Part shown: positions 28,850 to 32,000 of the stretch, in pieces | Numbering within the stretch: position 1 is the stretch's first letter | Layout of the letters: each line of letters opens with the position of its first letter | NCBI GenBank assembly: GCA_964543385.1 | Contig: CAZIYE010000003.1 | Coordinates: 1-32,000 of the forward strand | DNA length: 32,000 nt | Direction of reading: 5' to 3' | DNA from: an uncultured Candidatus Saccharibacteria bacterium | Lineage (GTDB): Bacteria > Patescibacteriota > UBA1384 > XYA2-FULL-43-10 > 1-14-0-10-43-13 | Translations under genes and position numbers: made by a program | Notes under the pieces: generated by a model | What the model saw: only the letters and a program-made list of their open reading frames with translations | Told to the model about the DNA's origin: nothing | Database searches by the model: none

Positions 28850-30126
28850 GCGAATACCTTCCTGCCATTCTTATCAATGTAATATGTTGGCTGGCTCCAT
28901 TGATCTTGGACTTTAGCCACGCCGTCGATGAATGGTCTGGCGTCAGCAAAATGCTTTGTACCAAAGGTACCATTTCCTGGGAAAAGCGCTTTGCCAACCT
29001 TGTTTATGTAAATACGGCCGCCATCTGTGTTGTCCTCGTTTACCCCTATATCTTCGGGTAAAACAACGCTTGCCCCTTCGTGAAAATCATCCACCGAAAT
29101 ATAATTCGAAACACTAAAAGCTTCTCTCTCGTCGGTATCAATAAAAATATTCCTTGTAATATCGTTCTCATATTGATCTAGAGAATCTTCTCGGACAAGT
29201 GCCAAACCGTCACTAAAATCGTTCGCATCCGAATAAACTTCTCCTTCAGTGGAAAAGCTGCCAGTATCAGCGTTATATTTCAAGAAATAATGTCCTGTTT
29301 CAGAAATTTGATATCGAGCCATACCATCACGGAGCGGATGAATGTCTGTTACGGCCAATAAATTCAAGTCTGTTATGTTACCTTCTATATCAACAGCAAA
29401 CCAATCATTTGAAAAATCGCAATAAAAAGCGTAGTTTTCACTAAATTGAGTAAACTTTTCAACATTTTCAAGCACTAATTTTTCCTTGCCTGTTTCGTCG
29501 ATAATTCTGTATTTATTATCTTCTTTTCTTGTCCAGGATCGCCCACAAGCAAAATCTGTCGCTAATTCATATTTATCATTCCATTCAGAACCATCAGGAT
29601 TAAGAAAAGTATATGTTTTACTGCCGCCGGGAGCAAAATTCCACACCAGTCTAGGAACGCTTTCACTGACGGAAACATAGTTTTTGGATATTTTTTCACC
29701 TTTCTGATCGACCAAAAAATAGCGATAGGTTCTCTCGGAAGTCATTTCGTCATCGCTAATATCATATTCACCAACAACACAAGTGCCTTTTTGAAATTTA
29801 CCAAATGATGCAATTTGCTGGCCAATATAATCCTTGATCACCTCGCCTGAAGCCGAAACAAGGATATAGTCTTCGCCAGGTTTTCGACCAAAAGCTAATC
29901 CTTCGCTAAAATTTCCTAGCCAGGCAAGACCAAGATTTTTTGCAATTTTATCTCTTACGGTAATTTGATCAGGGTCGATTCTTTCTAGAAGGTGCTCGAC
30001 TTCAGAATTAATTTCCTTGTATTTTCTCCATGCCTCAGCAATATTGCCTTCAGTAAAAATACCTTTGTATTCGGTAAAAAGGATCTTTAGCTGTCGTACC
30101 CCATTTGTCAGTGCATTACAATTCAT
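28846..30126 (-). CDS. Array member: MNC-x3-T module plus WG-repeat body
   Basis: MNCNALTNGVRQLKILFTEYKGIF...DPDQITVRDKIAKNLGLAWLGNFSEGLAFGR; ends YYIDKNGRKVFA. Confidence 0.9.
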   Translation of the reverse strand: MNCNALTNGVRQLKILFTEYKGIFTEGNIAEAWRKYKEINSEVEHLLERIDPDQITVRDKIAKNLGLAWLGNFSEGLAFGRKPGEDYILVSASGEVIKDYIGQQIASFGKFQKGTCVVGEYDISDDEMTSERTYRYFLVDQKGEKISKNYVSVSESVPRLVWNFAPGGSKTYTFLNPDGSEWNDKYELATDFACGRSWTRKEDNKYRIIDETGKEKLVLENVEKFTQFSENYAFYCDFSNDWFAVDIEGNITDLNLLAVTDIHPLRDGMARYQISETGHYFLKYNADTGSFSTEGEVYSDANDFSDGLALVREDSLDQYENDITRNIFIDTDEREAFSVSNYISVDDFHEGASVVLPEDIGVNEDNTDGGRIYINKVGKALFPGNGTFGTKHFADARPFIDGVAKVQDQWSQPTYYIDKNGRKVFA

Positions 30127-30138
30127 ACTGTTTCATAC

Positions 30139-31449
30139 TTAGGCAAATACTTTCTGTCCCTTTTTATTAATATAATAAGGCTCACTATCTGGTTGATCTT
30201 GAACGCAGGCCATGCCATCTTGATATGGCCGTGCCTTGTAAAAATGCTTTGCGCCGTCAATCCCTTCGCCAGAGAAGAGCGGCTTTCCTTCAGTATTAAT
30301 ATACGTCCAGCCACCAAAACGATTATCAACATCGTCAAGATCTATCTGTACCGCCGCAGCACCTTCAGAAAAATCAGTAATAGAGAGGTAGGTCTCTAGA
30401 AAAGCTTGCTCCCCAGCCTTGTTGATAAAGTAATACTTAATAGGATTGCCTTCGACGCGAGAACCAACCGCAGCAAAACCACAAGAAAAATCACCGGCCT
30501 CTTCAAAATACTCAGCCTCATCCTCGGATTTGCCTTTGTTCAAATCGTCGAGACCAGCATTCGCTAGTGTCGCATAGCTAAAAAATCTATTGTTTCCCGT
30601 GACATGCTTGTATTCCCTCCTAATTATGCCCTCCGACAGTCTGTGCAAATCCTCACCACCAAACCAATATTGAGGCAACAAATTTCCCTGTTGGTCAAAG
30701 CATTGCCAAAAAGGAGCAAAACCACGTTCTTTGACTTGTACAAACGAATATCCCTCTGAGAATGGTTTAACTTTTAGATATTTACCTTGATGAAGCATGT
30801 TGCCGCTTTCATCAATTAATTTATATGGCCCGTTTTCTTCAATCTGGACCCAGGCTCGGTTATCATTAAAAGAAGTAGCGAAGAAAAATGAATCCTCGCC
30901 ATCTACGATAATTTTTTCTCCATCATGCTTAACAAGCGACCATTTATTTTTCAATGTGTCATTCTTTTTTGCCAAATAAATACCACTATCTGAAAATTCA
31001 ACTTGAGCATACCAGTCTCTGCCTAATTTTCCGCTCGAATCAATAATTGACCACTTGGGAAGCGGACCTCTTATTCCAACATATTGAACCCATGCTAAAC
31101 CATTTTTGAATGGCTTGGCATAAATAGCAGGAATCGTTTCGTCTGAAAAGTGAAGGACAATCTCAGCGTTTTCATTCACCAAACTTACCATTTTTTCGTG
31201 TTGTTCTCTTCCCCAAGCCAAGCCCTCGCTAAATTTATCAAGCCAAGATAAACCAAGTTCTTTAGCAATTCGATCTCTTTTCCTAATCTGATCGGGCTCT
31301 GTTTCTTCAAGTAAATATTCTGATTTTGAATAAATCTCTTTTTTATCATGAAGAGCATCGGCAATTTGCCTGCTATTAAAATAACTCTCAAGAGATTTAA
31401 GAATTTTCCGAATTTCTACTATTCCCTTTGTTATCCCCTCACAATTCAT
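30139..31449 (-). CDS. Array member: MNC-x3-T module plus WG-repeat body
   Basis: MNCEGITKGIVEIRKILKSLESYF...EPDQIRKRDRIAKELGLSWLDKFSEGLAWGR; ends YYINKKGQKVFA. Confidence 0.9.
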   Translation of the reverse strand: MNCEGITKGIVEIRKILKSLESYFNSRQIADALHDKKEIYSKSEYLLEETEPDQIRKRDRIAKELGLSWLDKFSEGLAWGREQHEKMVSLVNENAEIVLHFSDETIPAIYAKPFKNGLAWVQYVGIRGPLPKWSIIDSSGKLGRDWYAQVEFSDSGIYLAKKNDTLKNKWSLVKHDGEKIIVDGEDSFFFATSFNDNRAWVQIEENGPYKLIDESGNMLHQGKYLKVKPFSEGYSFVQVKERGFAPFWQCFDQQGNLLPQYWFGGEDLHRLSEGIIRREYKHVTGNNRFFSYATLANAGLDDLNKGKSEDEAEYFEEAGDFSCGFAAVGSRVEGNPIKYYFINKAGEQAFLETYLSITDFSEGAAAVQIDLDDVDNRFGGWTYINTEGKPLFSGEGIDGAKHFYKARPYQDGMACVQDQPDSEPYYINKKGQKVFA

Positions 31450-31472
31450 ATGATTATTCTACCTCAAGATAT

Positions 31473-32000
31473 TTATTCATGTGCTTTCTTTGAAGACCTA
31501 CTCTCAGAGGATTGGCAACCCAGTAAAACTCCAAAATCGGCCTTGCTCTCCTCTTTTTGACCAATTAAATATTCTGTCAATCTTGGCACTATATGATTAC
31601 CATCAAAGAGAAGTTTGCGTTTTTGCAAAGTACAAATTTTCGCCAAATAATACTCGCGAAGAATTTCATCCTTTATTTTTTGGGTAAAGCTCTCTGCTTG
31701 GACAAGATATTTCATCTGATCCTGACCCGATTCGGCAGATTTTTCGGCCATAAACAAACAAAGTCGTGCCTTATTTCGCTCAAGATGAAGTTCGCCGAGA
31801 ATTCGCTCGAAGAGTGAGTCGTCATTATCTGTTTTTTGTTGGATTTGTTCGATTAAGTTTTTAGCAACCCTAAACTCTGAATAATAGAGTTTTTTGGTGC
31901 CGTCGCGTTGTTCAAATATTTTATTAACAGAGGCAAATATTTCATTGACCATCTCATCGTTTTGCCAATCAAGTGCCAACTCTAATAATTTTTGGTAGTG
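31473..32000 (-). CDS. Alpha-helical hypothetical protein, truncated by the right window edge
   Basis: Track start at 31979 is a TTG; upstream codons stay open to base 32000 (HYQKLLELALDWQNDEMVNEIFASVNKIFEQRDG...), so the real start is probably outside. Helical, possibly TPR-like. Confidence 0.65.
   Translation of the reverse strand, partial: HYQKLLELALDWQNDEMVNEIFASVNKIFEQRDGTKKLYYSEFRVAKNLIEQIQQKTDNDDSLFERILGELHLERNKARLCLFMAEKSAESGQDQMKYLVQAESFTQKIKDEILREYYLAKICTLQKRKLLFDGNHIVPRLTEYLIGQKEESKADFGVLLGCQSSESRSSKKAHE

Noticed and set aside
11133-31449. MNC N-termini as lipoproteins
   Set aside because: No basic n-region or hydrophobic h-region precedes the Cys; the Cys is at residue 3 and followed by a charged amphipathic helix, so it is not a lipobox.
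11133-31449. CRISPR array or classical short tandem repeats
   Set aside because: The recurring motifs are ~20 bp at gene starts spaced about 1 kb apart and coding; no regular 25-40 bp repeat/spacer structure.
2154-31449. Array as a diversity-generating retroelement target family
   Set aside because: No reverse transcriptase, template repeat or adenine-biased variable repeat is visible; variation is spread over whole bodies.

Overview
About 29 kb of this window (right edge down to 2154) is one minus-strand gene array with 4-nt overlaps or short gaps. It encodes (i) a ~975-aa MoxR/dynein-like AAA+ ATPase, (ii) a ~1095-aa protein with an N-terminal HEFAH zincin-like motif and a C-terminal VWA/MIDAS domain, (iii) a small acidic protein, and (iv) 18 paralogous proteins sharing a short N-terminal module. 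In all 18 the module begins with C-x3-T (typically MNCQEITKxI), is followed by 'eAl..K.eI..e', and then leads into different C-terminal bodies: WG repeats, GXGXG-type beta-helix repeats, beta-propeller-like repeats, or an unassigned class with a 'GFtqPLLVPFG' motif. The layout (AAA+ / VWA pair plus many proteins sharing an N-terminal adaptor but differing in body) resembles MoxR-vWA ternary systems with effector-associated adaptor domains. However, no recognisable toxin or nuclease body is visible, so function is open and this is my lead candidate for an undescribed system. Further observations: a single in-frame amber codon splits one WG gene; a 740-aa gene looks like a fusion of two family members; a tandem pair shares an 84-bp near-identical 5' segment while the rest has diverged. 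The left 2.1 kb holds an XRE-type HTH gene, a PLD-like membrane protein, a small CxxC/CxxxxxC protein absent from the ORF track, and a coiled-coil-like ORF. No RNA genes, CRISPR or transposases were seen. Domain names come from motif recognition by eye, not database searches.
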